A DNA stretch of 32,000 nucleotides from Vibrio alginolyticus NBRC 15630 = ATCC 17749 (GCF_000354175.2 NC_022349.1:1530001-1562000), one strand, 5' to 3'. Positions 8,744 to 17,594 are shown, counted from the stretch's first letter. Program-made: numbers and translations. Notes: generated from the letters alone by a model not told the origin.

Positions 8744-11290
8744 ATGAAGGTCACCCTACTTCACGGAGCGATGATTGTAGCACTCAGCGCCAGCTACCAA
8801 GCTCAAGCCTATAACTGTCAAAGTCTACCCGACTGGGACAGCACTGCGACTTATACATCGGGCGCTTTAGTAAAAACGCAAGGAGCCGCTTATGAGGCTG
8901 CATATTGGACGCAAGGCAATGACCCCGTGACCAACTCAGGATCTTGGGAAGCATGGAAAGCGTTAGGGCAATGCGATGGTGGAAGCAACAACTTATCACC
9001 AACGGTGTCGTTCTCCTCTCCAATAAACAACGCACAAATTCCCGAAGGCAGTGCGATCACTTTGTTAGCCAACGCAGCAGACGAAGATGGCCAAATCACA
9101 CAAATTGAGTTTGTTGCAGGCAACCAAACCGTTGCTGTGGTAACTCAAGCACCATTCGAAGCTTCTTGGACAGCTATTGAAGGGATCTCGCAATTGACCG
9201 CAATTGCGACAGATAATGAGGGAGCTGTTAGCACCACGACGATTTCTATCCAAGTTCAACCACAAGTCGAATTACCGCCACCAAGCATTTCATTGACAAG
9301 CCCAGTAGGCACAGAAGTGCTTAATGTAGGCGATAACCTAACCGTAGCCGCTCAAGCTGACGATATTGATGGTGTGGTCACACAAGTTGAGTTCTTCGTA
9401 AACAATCAATCTGTCGCCATTGATACTAGTGCACCTTACGAGTATCAATGGACCGCGAGTCCAGGTACATACTCGTTCAAAGCACAAGCGACTGATGATA
9501 CAAACCTCGCAACGATGAGCCAAGAAGTAGCGCTGGTTATTAGTAATTCAGAAACCGGAACGGGCGGATGTGCAGATGCAGTACCTTATGTTGCAGGCAC
9601 AAGTTATCAAGCTGGCGACCTGGTTTCTCACTTCAACCAAAAATATCGTTGTGATGTTGCTGGTTGGTGCTCCTCGGATGCGACATGGGCTTACGAGCCT
9701 GGTGAAGGGCTATACTGGCAAGATGCTTGGAGTGGCCTAGGTGCTTGTTCGACACCACCGCAAGTTACCATTACGGCACCAACGGATGGACAAGTCGTGC
9801 TCGCTGGCAGCAATAACGAAATCACGGCAAACGCAAGCGATGCTGATGGCACAGTCACGCAAGTTGAGTTTTTTGCGAACAACACCAGCTTAGGGGTCAC
9901 CACTCAAGCACCATATTCCGTTACTTGGAACGCCACACTTATTGGCGCTAACCAGCTTAAAGCCGTCGCAACCGATAATGATAACAACACGTCAGAGTCC
10001 CTGGTTGGGGTGGAAGTCAGCGATAAAGATTTGGTCGTCTCTCTGACTTCACCAAGCAGCGGTCAGACCGCCGGATTAGGCAAAAGCCTCGCATTAAGCG
10101 CCGATGCAACGTCTTTAACTTCAGGCATTAAACACGTTGATTTCATGATCAACGGCTCTATTGTTGCAACCGATACCACGGCACCTTACACAGCCAACTG
10201 GACACCAACTGCACTTGGTAACTTTACAGTTAGCGCCCAAGCTGTGGATTTGTCAGGAACCAATGCATTGTCTGACGCCGCAGCAATAACGGTGGTTGAG
10301 CAAATAGATAAACGCCATAAACTCATCGGTTACTGGCACAATTTTGTAAATGGAGCGGGCTGTCCAATTCGTCTAGCGGATATGGCAGATGCTTGGGATG
10401 TGATTGATATTGCCTTTGCTGAAAATGATCGCAACAGTGATGGCACCGTGCACTTTAATCTATATTCAGGCGATATTTACAGCGATTGTCCAGCACTCGA
10501 TCCAACACAATTCAAGCAGGACATGGCAGCGCTTCAAGCTAAAGGTAAGAAGTTTGTTCTCTCTCTTGGCGGCGCAGAAGGCACGATTACGCTGAATACC
10601 GACCAAGATGAAGCCAACTTTGTCTCTAGCCTAACAGGTCTTATCGCTGAGTGGGGCTTTGATGGTCTAGATGTGGATTTAGAGAGTGGTTCTAACTTAG
10701 TTCATGGCTCGCAAATTCAAGCTCGCCTTGGTCGTGCTTTGCTTCAAATAGAGCAAAACATGGGTGGCGATATGTACCTAACCATGGCGCCTGAGCACCC
10801 TTATGTTCAAGGCGGCTATGTGGCTTACAGCGGTATTTGGGGAGCTTACATTCCTGTGATAAACGAGACACGCAGCACGCTCGACTTGCTTCACGTCCAG
10901 TTATATAACAACGGCGGTTTGCCAAACCCATACCTGCCAGGCAGTGCACCAGAAGGCTCTGTGGATATGATGGTAGCGCAATCTAAAATGCTTATCGAAG
11001 GTTTTGAGTTGGCCGACGGCACTCAATTTGCACCATTGCGCGATGATCAAGTCGCAATCGGTTTACCTTCAGGTCCTAGCTCGGCAAATTCAGGGCAGGC
11101 TCCAACACAGAATATTATCAACGCACTAGATTGTTTAACCAAAGGCACTTCATGTGGCACCGTTAAACCAGCGTACCATTACCCGAATTATGCAGGGGTA
11201 ATGACATGGTCTATCAACTGGGATCAGCATGATGGCTTTAACTTCTCAAAACCTGTCGGCGATAAACTCACCGAGATGAATACGCAATAA
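8744..11290 (+). CDS. Secreted modular GH18 chitinase: signal peptide, CBM5/12-like domain, 2 Ig-like modules, second CBM5/12-like domain, 2 Ig-like modules, C-terminal GH18 catalytic domain
   Basis: The signal peptide ends AQA. The GH18 catalytic motif FDGLDVDLE has its Glu codon at 10682-10684. YWHNF...LSLGGAEG...MTWSINWD are typical of bacterial GH18. There are two Trp/Tyr-rich Cys-bracketed ~55-aa modules and four ~85-aa repeats. SD is AAGGAGAGG. Confidence 0.85.
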   Translation: MKVTLLHGAMIVALSASYQAQAYNCQSLPDWDSTATYTSGALVKTQGAAYEAAYWTQGNDPVTNSGSWEAWKALGQCDGGSNNLSPTVSFSSPINNAQIPEGSAITLLANAADEDGQITQIEFVAGNQTVAVVTQAPFEASWTAIEGISQLTAIATDNEGAVSTTTISIQVQPQVELPPPSISLTSPVGTEVLNVGDNLTVAAQADDIDGVVTQVEFFVNNQSVAIDTSAPYEYQWTASPGTYSFKAQATDDTNLATMSQEVALVISNSETGTGGCADAVPYVAGTSYQAGDLVSHFNQKYRCDVAGWCSSDATWAYEPGEGLYWQDAWSGLGACSTPPQVTITAPTDGQVVLAGSNNEITANASDADGTVTQVEFFANNTSLGVTTQAPYSVTWNATLIGANQLKAVATDNDNNTSESLVGVEVSDKDLVVSLTSPSSGQTAGLGKSLALSADATSLTSGIKHVDFMINGSIVATDTTAPYTANWTPTALGNFTVSAQAVDLSGTNALSDAAAITVVEQIDKRHKLIGYWHNFVNGAGCPIRLADMADAWDVIDIAFAENDRNSDGTVHFNLYSGDIYSDCPALDPTQFKQDMAALQAKGKKFVLSLGGAEGTITLNTDQDEANFVSSLTGLIAEWGFDGLDVDLESGSNLVHGSQIQARLGRALLQIEQNMGGDMYLTMAPEHPYVQGGYVAYSGIWGAYIPVINETRSTLDLLHVQLYNNGGLPNPYLPGSAPEGSVDMMVAQSKMLIEGFELADGTQFAPLRDDQVAIGLPSGPSSANSGQAPTQNIINALDCLTKGTSCGTVKPAYHYPNYAGVMTWSINWDQHDGFNFSKPVGDKLTEMNTQ
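8999..9541 (+). repeat. Intragenic tandem pair of Ig-like (~85 aa) modules 1 and 2 of the chitinase
   Basis: Shared pattern SP.....V..G....L.A.A.D.DG.VTQVEF......V....APY...W.......L.A.ATD. Coordinates are approximate domain limits from residue counting (aa ~86-171 and ~181-266). Confidence 0.6.
9761..10294 (+). repeat. Intragenic tandem pair of Ig-like modules 3 and 4 of the chitinase
   Basis: Same pattern as modules 1-2 (aa ~340-425 and ~430-517). DNA-level similarity is visible, e.g. acgcaagttgagttttttgcgaacaac versus acacaagttgagttcttcgtaaacaat. Confidence 0.6.
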
Positions 11291-11362
11291 GCTATCAAAG
11301 AACAAGCGAGTAAAACGCAAATATCGTCTTGTTTCCATTACTTATTCAAGTATGTAAAAACG

Positions 11363-11395
11363 AAAAGAGAGCACAATCGTGCTCTCTTTCTTTAT
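11363..11395. terminator. Bidirectional rho-independent terminator (chitinase / DUF2884 gene)
   Basis: AAAAGAGAGCAC-aatc-GTGCTCTCTTTCTTT: a 9-bp perfect stem (AGAGAGCAC/GTGCTCTCT) flanked by A- and T-rich runs. Confidence 0.75.
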
Positions 11396-11426
11396 CTCAT
11401 TGAGTTTTTTACTTTTTAATGAGTAA

Positions 11427-12170
11427 TTAAATCGTAAATACTCGGTAATCTTTTAGCTCAGGGATTTTCTTCAACAGATCGTCTTCTTGCCCTGCCATGT
11501 CATCCAGCGAATCGCACAAGTCTTCTGCTTGTTGTTCTACCTCTTTCGAATGCTCGGCTAAACGCTCTTCTACTTTCGCGCTGAGCTCAGCCATACTCTC
11601 TGATAATGCAGTGAGGTTTATTCCTCCCTCTTCCTTCATTTTTTTCGATAAAGCATCCAACGAACTGGCTAAAAACTCTTTATTGAAGATCTCTTGTGCT
11701 TTTGCAAAGTCTTCAGTCCACCCTTGTGTCATAGACTCAAAACTCTCCGCCGGCAGGATGAAATCACCATCTTTGTAGTAACGTGATTCAACATCAGCGA
11801 AAAAGTCCTTTACTGCGACTTTTACATTATCAAACGCACCAGGTGCATCGAGGCTTTCCGCAACATCATCAATAATATCATTCGCAAGCGCTAAACCATC
11901 ACTCGCCAATTGCTTTGCTTGTGGAATATACGCGTTCATTTTTTCGCGATAGTCTTCAATTGCCGCTTTCTGGTCAGAATTGAGTTCAATTAGCTCACCT
12001 TTGATGAAAAGGTTGTTATCCTCATCCACGACAGCTTTATCACCTGTCGTTTGGCGAATTTCCAAGCTTTGCCCATCCATACGGACTTCATTATTGATGT
12101 CCACACGACACTGCGCTGCATAACCAGTAGCACTGACCATCAGCAATGAGAGTGTAAAAAGCTTTTTCAT
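11427..12170 (-). CDS. DUF2884 (YggN-like) exported protein
   Basis: 247 aa with a signal peptide (MKKLFTLSLLMVSATGYA). The N-terminal pattern C.V.I.....M.G..L.I....G....V.....L.I.G..I.L...Q........R and the acidic helical C-terminus resemble the YggN/DUF2884 family as I recall it. Confidence 0.5.
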   Translation of the reverse strand: MKKLFTLSLLMVSATGYAAQCRVDINNEVRMDGQSLEIRQTTGDKAVVDEDNNLFIKGELIELNSDQKAAIEDYREKMNAYIPQAKQLASDGLALANDIIDDVAESLDAPGAFDNVKVAVKDFFADVESRYYKDGDFILPAESFESMTQGWTEDFAKAQEIFNKEFLASSLDALSKKMKEEGGINLTALSESMAELSAKVEERLAEHSKEVEQQAEDLCDSLDDMAGQEDDLLKKIPELKDYRVFTI

Positions 12171-12231
12171 GTCATTCTCTTTTATTTAACATTACTCGTG
12201 TTAAACATAACACTGAGTGATACATGAGATG

Positions 12232-12711
12232 TCAGCAAACCGTCACGACTTCGTAACAAGTTGTTTTTTCTCCTATTTTCACATCAATCTCATCGCCTTC
12301 TTCTTTCCCGAATAACGCTCGACCAAGAGGAGATTTTGCTGTTAAGACAAAGACTTCCTGAGCCTGATATTTAACAGTCAGACCACCAGAGCAAGGGCCT
12401 ACAAAGAAGTGCTTTTCAAGCAAATTCTCATCTGCGAGAACAACGTAAGCACCAACACCAACAGGCGCATTCTTAAAGTTGCGAGTCACTAAAGAACGAT
12501 ATTGACGCAATTCCTCTTCACTATCTTGAATTCGCATGGCTTGTCCATGAGCAAGATACGCGGCTTCAAGTGCCAATGTATCGTACTTGTGCTCGGGAAC
12601 AGTTTCTTCATCTGTCGCGGCATCGATAGCTCGCTGAGCCGATGCATGGGCAACTTGAAGTTTTTCTTCCAGATGTTGGATGATAATTGGGACTAAGTCA
12701 GCTTTGTTCAT
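12232..12711 (-). CDS. GreA/GreB-family protein (Gre C-terminal-domain containing, function unknown)
   Basis: 159 aa. The C-terminal VGVGAYVVL...SPLGRALFGKEEGDEIDV motif is the GreA/GreB C-terminal domain signature, and the N-terminal part is helical. Confidence 0.6.
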   Translation of the reverse strand: MNKADLVPIIIQHLEEKLQVAHASAQRAIDAATDEETVPEHKYDTLALEAAYLAHGQAMRIQDSEEELRQYRSLVTRNFKNAPVGVGAYVVLADENLLEKHFFVGPCSGGLTVKYQAQEVFVLTAKSPLGRALFGKEEGDEIDVKIGEKTTCYEVVTVC

Positions 12712-12787
12712 ACTTTTAGGACGCGCGTTTAGTATTCGGGGTGTGTTAATGTAGCCAAGTTTACCATCAAAGAAAGGTTTCCCTATT

Positions 12788-14713
12788 ATGCAAAGTGACT
12801 CGCTGCATCAAACACTTCAATCTGTATTTGGTTTTGACTCATTACGCCAAGGTCAGCAACCCGTTATTGAAGCCGTTATGAATGGTTACTCTGCTGCGGC
12901 AATCTTTCCTACAGGCTCGGGGAAGTCACTCTGTTATCAACTACCTGCAACCATATTACCCAACCTTACGTTGGTGATCTCTCCGTTGTTGGCGTTAATG
13001 AAGGATCAACTGAGCTTTTTACAAAGTAAAGGAATCGCGGCCGCTTCTATCGATAGCAGTCAAAGTAGAGAAGAAGCACAAAAGGTCATGGCTGGCGTGA
13101 AGAATGGACAAATCAAAATCTTGATGATTTCTGTTGAGCGGCTAAAAAACGAGCGTTTTCGTGAATTCATTCGCCAAGTACCGATTTCTTTGATGGTCAT
13201 TGATGAAGCGCACTGTATTTCCGAATGGGGGCATAACTTTCGTCCAGATTATCTCAAACTACCGCAATATCAACGTGAACTGAACATCCCACAGTCTTTA
13301 CTTCTCACCGCAACGGCAACGCCTGCAGTTATTGAAGACATGCAAAAAAAGTTCGATATTGCCAGTGAACATATTACCGTTACAGGCTTCTACCGCCCCA
13401 ATCTGGATATATCGGTGATCCCGTGTGAGGAAACAAAGAAACAAGAACAGCTCAGTGAGATCATCGCCTCTTCACCTAAGCTTCCGACCATCATATACGT
13501 GACGCAACAGCAAACAGCAGAACGAGTAGCAAAGTCATTAATCCATATTGGCATTAACGCTCACGCATACCACGCTGGCATGAAAAGCGACGTTCGTGCA
13601 CAAATCCAACAGCAGTTCATGGATGGCCAAATTGACTGTATTGTTGCAACGATTGCATTTGGTATGGGGGTCGATAAATCTGATATTCGACGCGTCATTC
13701 ACTTCGACTTACCCAAATCAATCGAGAACTACGCACAAGAGATTGGACGTGCTGGCAGGGACGGGCAACGCTCTGAGTGCATTCTGCTAGGCAATACGTC
13801 CGGCTTAACGGTGTTGGAGAATTTTGTCTATGGTGACACACCAGAATTTACGTCAATTAACTATGTAGTCGAGCAAGCGAAAGAACATGCTCCACAATGG
13901 GAGGTAGTGCCACTGCGTTTGTCGCGTGAAAGTAATATCCGCCAATTGCCACTCAAAACCTTGTTGGTTTATTTGGAGCTACATAACGTCATTGAAGCAA
14001 AGTACAGTTACTTTGCGGAATATCGGTTTAAGTTTTTGCACGATCAGCAATTTATTGTGAATCAATTTCAAGGCGAGCGACGTCAATTTGTGGAGGCCAT
14101 TTTTTCCTGCTCACAAAAAGCCAAAGTGTGGTGCCAAGTTGATCTAGAAGCGCTATGGCTGAACTATCAATCGGAACGCAGCCGAGTTGTCGCAGCGCTC
14201 GACTATTTTCACCAGAACGGCTGGATAGAACTAGAGAGCAAACAACTGACGGACGTGTACTCAGTTATGCCAACCAAACAGAGCTCGGATGTTTTAATCC
14301 AACAACTGTATGAACTGTTCCAATCCAAAGAAAGCAAAGATATCGAAAGAATCCACACCATGCTGCACTTGTTCCAGTCCGAGCACTGTTTGAGCTCACA
14401 ATTGGCGAACTACTTTGCGGATCACGATGCACCAAAGCAATGTGGTCACTGCTCCGTGTGTCGTGGTCACGTCGCCACATTCACAGCACCAGAACCTGAA
14501 GATATTGAACAATCTCAAGTATCGATATGGGCGCAGGAGTTTATTCAGCTTTCCCCATCGGCCATCAGTAATGATGCCGTTGCTCGCTTCTTGTGCGGAA
14601 TCAGCACTCCTTTGATTAGCCAGCTAAAAGCCTCAAAGCTAGCAGGTTATGGTGCAATGGCAAACGTAAGTTTTGAGCAGGTATTAACGCAGGTAGAAAC
14701 GGTAAGGGCCTAA
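12788..14713 (+). CDS. RecQ-family ATP-dependent DNA helicase paralogue (no HRDC; displaced Zn-binding motif)
   Basis: 641 aa. Motifs found: motif 0/I (FRQGQ...PTGSGKSLCYQLPA), DEAH box (VIDEAHCISEWGHNFRPDY), TATA, motif VI QEIGRAGRDG, and the RecQ-type Cys cluster C534-x17-C552-x2-C555-x2-C558. Confidence 0.85.
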   Translation: MQSDSLHQTLQSVFGFDSLRQGQQPVIEAVMNGYSAAAIFPTGSGKSLCYQLPATILPNLTLVISPLLALMKDQLSFLQSKGIAAASIDSSQSREEAQKVMAGVKNGQIKILMISVERLKNERFREFIRQVPISLMVIDEAHCISEWGHNFRPDYLKLPQYQRELNIPQSLLLTATATPAVIEDMQKKFDIASEHITVTGFYRPNLDISVIPCEETKKQEQLSEIIASSPKLPTIIYVTQQQTAERVAKSLIHIGINAHAYHAGMKSDVRAQIQQQFMDGQIDCIVATIAFGMGVDKSDIRRVIHFDLPKSIENYAQEIGRAGRDGQRSECILLGNTSGLTVLENFVYGDTPEFTSINYVVEQAKEHAPQWEVVPLRLSRESNIRQLPLKTLLVYLELHNVIEAKYSYFAEYRFKFLHDQQFIVNQFQGERRQFVEAIFSCSQKAKVWCQVDLEALWLNYQSERSRVVAALDYFHQNGWIELESKQLTDVYSVMPTKQSSDVLIQQLYELFQSKESKDIERIHTMLHLFQSEHCLSSQLANYFADHDAPKQCGHCSVCRGHVATFTAPEPEDIEQSQVSIWAQEFIQLSPSAISNDAVARFLCGISTPLISQLKASKLAGYGAMANVSFEQVLTQVETVRA

Positions 14714-15780
14714 AAAAAGCTCAATTGACGCGCTTGGTCTTCGGGCTTGAGCATCACGTTTAAGCCTAAAAGGCGAATTTCCCGTCCATTTTGGCGTTTA
14801 AGAATATCTCTTAGCAAGATCTTGAAGTCCTCAAGCTCTAATTGCGGATGGATGTGCTCAATTGTTGTCAGTTGAAAGTCGGCAAATTTGACTTTAATAC
14901 CTTGTTTAATAATCGACTTATCTGGGCTTGCACGCTCTAAACGTTTCTCGAGTTCAGGATAAAGTTTCTCCTCAATCACTTGCCAACATTCATCATAGGT
15001 TGCGATGTTCTGGCTGAATGTCCTTTCCACACCGACGGACTTTCTCTCGCGCTCAACAACGACTTCTCGATTATCAATTCCATGGCTTCGCTGCCATAAG
15101 GAGGCACCCTGACGACCAAACTGCCTCAACAACTCTCGATAGTCACTGTTTTTAATGTCCTCACATCGATAAAAACCGGCTTGGTGGAGCTTCTCAAGAC
15201 TCACCTTCCCCACACCAGGAATGTTCTCTAGCGGAAGACTATCGATAACCTCTTGGACTTTCTCTGGCGGAATCACAAACTGACCGTTGGGCTTGTTCAT
15301 GTCTGACGCGACCTTGGCAAGAAACTTTATCGGAGCAATGCCCGCCGATGCCGTCAACCCAAGTTCACTCCAGATATCGCGGCGAATTGACTCTGCGATC
15401 AACGTAGCGGAGCCACGGCAAGCTGTCGAGTCCGTGACATCGAGGTATGCTTCATCCAATGAGAGAGGTTCAATGATAGGCGTATAACGCTCAAAAATAG
15501 CACGAATCTGCTGAGAGACTTGCTTATATACATGCATTCTACCGGGCACAACCAACAAATGAGGACAGAGTTGCAGCGCGCGCGCCGTTGACATTGCACT
15601 GCGAACACCATATTTACGCGCATCATAATTACAGGTGCTAATCACTCCACGCTGCTTTTCATGTCCGCCAACAGCGAGTGCAATGCCACGGTAACTGGGG
15701 TTATCTCTCATCTCTACGGCAGCATAAAAACAATCCATATCGACATGAATAATTTTTCTAATTCGATCTGACATAGCCAT
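14710..15780 (-). CDS. dinB: DNA polymerase IV (Y-family, SOS-inducible)
   Basis: IRKIIHVDMDCFYAAVEMRDNP...SLDEAYLDVT are Pol IV signatures. The start is moved from the TTG at 15813 to the ATG at 15780 (or 15774), because a LexA box and a TATACT -10 element lie inside the longest-ORF extension. E. coli DinB begins MRKIIHVDMD. Confidence 0.9.
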   Translation of the reverse strand: MAMSDRIRKIIHVDMDCFYAAVEMRDNPSYRGIALAVGGHEKQRGVISTCNYDARKYGVRSAMSTARALQLCPHLLVVPGRMHVYKQVSQQIRAIFERYTPIIEPLSLDEAYLDVTDSTACRGSATLIAESIRRDIWSELGLTASAGIAPIKFLAKVASDMNKPNGQFVIPPEKVQEVIDSLPLENIPGVGKVSLEKLHQAGFYRCEDIKNSDYRELLRQFGRQGASLWQRSHGIDNREVVVERERKSVGVERTFSQNIATYDECWQVIEEKLYPELEKRLERASPDKSIIKQGIKVKFADFQLTTIEHIHPQLELEDFKILLRDILKRQNGREIRLLGLNVMLKPEDQARQLSFF

Positions 15781-15785
15781 CAAAG

Positions 15786-15805
15786 CACTGTTCAAAAAAA
15801 CAGTA
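15786..15805. promoter_or_regulatory. LexA (SOS) box in the dinB promoter
   Basis: The minus strand reads TACTGTTTTTTTGAACAGTG, a perfect CTGT-N8-ACAG. It overlaps a TATACT -10-like hexamer and lies 6 nt upstream of the first dinB ATG. Confidence 0.8.
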
Positions 15806-15850
15806 TAAATCAAATCTACCTGAAGAGAAATGGGCGTGTTTAAGCGAACG

Positions 15851-16084
15851 TCAATCTCGAAGCATTACGTCCAATTGATCGACTAATTCGGCCCAATCTG
15901 CATCTTCTTCGATGGCTTGTTTTAGAAAGTTCGCCTGTGACATCGTCCAAAAGCTAGCTTCATGTAAAGGCGCAGAATCTCTTTTGTGTCGATGTTGATT
16001 AATAAAATCTTTCATTTCTTGAGGAGAGCTACCGAGGCCCAGTTGTTGAAATAGCTCAGCCATACCATGTTGATGCATTTCCAT
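15851..16084 (-). CDS. DUF2789 family small protein
   Basis: 77 aa. LFQQLGL.....M..FI..H........L.EA.FW...QA.FL..AIEEDADWAE.VDQLD..LR matches the DUF2789 pattern as I recall it. Confidence 0.5.
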   Translation of the reverse strand: MEMHQHGMAELFQQLGLGSSPQEMKDFINQHRHKRDSAPLHEASFWTMSQANFLKQAIEEDADWAELVDQLDVMLRD

Positions 16085-16271
16085 ACTACTTTCTCCCTAC
16101 GTTAGCTAAACATAATTATATAACTAAGACAGGAATAATGATGTGATGTTAACGGATGCGTGTCAAACATTTGAGTAGTTGTTCTACTTTTGGTTGACAT
16201 GTGTTTTTTGATGGCGATAAGTTTAATTTTAGTTATCATTGATTTTAAACAATTAATTTTGGGGACTGCGC

Positions 16272-17489
16272 TTGAGTAATAAGATTCTGGTTGTTGAAGA
16301 TAGTCGTGCATTTAAAAACTTTCTTTGCCAAACAATAAGCCAAGCTGGTTATGAGGTCATCGCAGCGGAAAGCTACGCGGAGGCAAAGAACTTGTTATCT
16401 TCAGCACAGGACCTCTTCTGTGCGGTTTTAGACTATTGTTTACCGGATGCTCAAGATGGCGAGATTATTGACCTCGTTTTGGAACATGGTCATCGTGTCA
16501 TTGTTTTAACGGCTCGATTTCAAGAAGACACTCGCGAAAAGATGCTTGCAAAAGGTGTCCTCGACTATATTTTGAAAGACAGCATGGCGTCCGTTTCCTA
16601 TCTATTACCACTCCTCAAGCGACTAACCAACAATCAACAACACAAATGTTTAGTCGTTGATGATTCACACACCGTAAGAAGACACATTGCCCAACTTTTG
16701 GAGCATCAATATATTCAGACGTTGGAAGCTGACAATGGGCAAAAAGCCCTAGAGCTTGTCGAGCAAAATCCAGATATCACTCTCGTTTTAACCGACCATG
16801 ATATGCCCGTTAAAGATGGCATTACTATGGTGCGTGAATTACGTCGGAGGTGGGATAAAAATCAATTAGCCATTCTCGGCTTGTCGGGTAGTAACTCTAA
16901 GACCATGACGGCTAGGTTTCTAAAAGCAGGGGCCAATGACTTTTTATACAAGCCATTTAATCAAGAAGAATTTTTTTGCCGTATTCACCAACTGTTAGAT
17001 ATCAAAGACGCAACATCTGAACTGTTTAAAATGGCAAATCAAGATGCGCTAACGGGCTTATGGAACCGCCGCTTTCTGTTTGAGCAACCCCATGTAGAAA
17101 ACGCTCAAAGAAACATCGCGATGCTTGATATCGATTTCTTTAAGCAAGTAAATGATACACACGGACATGAGGGCGGCGATGCAGTGTTAGTCATGATAGC
17201 GAATATTCTAAAAATCTATTTTCCAAATGATATTGTCGCTAGGCTTGGTGGCGAGGAGTTTTGTATTCAAGCCAGTGGCGACTATGACGGCTTTCTAACA
17301 CGCTTAGAACAAATGAGACAGCGCATAGAAAAAACGCCAATAACTTATTTGGACAAAAACATTCTTGTGACCGCGAGTATTGGTGTAAGCAACATCGAGG
17401 GGGAGCTGGAACAACAAATAAAAGTGGCGGATGAGCGACTTTACATGGCCAAAGAGAACGGACGTAACCAAATCATTTCTTCGTCCTAA
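16272..17489 (+). CDS. Response-regulator diguanylate cyclase (REC-REC-GGDEF, PleD-like architecture)
   Basis: 405 aa with a TTG start at 16272 preceded by GGGGA. REC1 motifs: VVEDS...AVLDYCLPD...LTAR...ILKD. REC2 motifs: VVDDS...VLTDHDMP...LSGS...LYKP. The GGDEF domain has an active-site GGEEF and upstream NRRF...DIDFFKQVND. Confidence 0.85.
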   Translation: MSNKILVVEDSRAFKNFLCQTISQAGYEVIAAESYAEAKNLLSSAQDLFCAVLDYCLPDAQDGEIIDLVLEHGHRVIVLTARFQEDTREKMLAKGVLDYILKDSMASVSYLLPLLKRLTNNQQHKCLVVDDSHTVRRHIAQLLEHQYIQTLEADNGQKALELVEQNPDITLVLTDHDMPVKDGITMVRELRRRWDKNQLAILGLSGSNSKTMTARFLKAGANDFLYKPFNQEEFFCRIHQLLDIKDATSELFKMANQDALTGLWNRRFLFEQPHVENAQRNIAMLDIDFFKQVNDTHGHEGGDAVLVMIANILKIYFPNDIVARLGGEEFCIQASGDYDGFLTRLEQMRQRIEKTPITYLDKNILVTASIGVSNIEGELEQQIKVADERLYMAKENGRNQIISSS

Positions 17490-17594
17490 TGACTATCAGT
17501 GTGGTCTTGCTCTGTAACATGAGAGAAAGAAACAACAAAACACGGTATTGGGCTCTTTCTCGGACATCTGAGCTTTGGTTAGCTGCCTAAAAAT

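Noticed and set aside
8550-8747. 65-codon GTG-initiated ORF ending 4 nt inside the chitinase gene (possible upstream ORF)
   Set aside because: There is no SD, the start is non-ATG, the composition is Cys/Tyr/Ser-rich and I recognise no homologue. It is mentioned only within the spacer finding.
12172-12231. Small palindrome GTGTTA-aaca-TAACAC between the Gre-like gene stop and the DUF2884 gene start
   Set aside because: It is a 6-bp AT-rich stem with no U-tract and no match to an operator I can name, so it is too weak to call.
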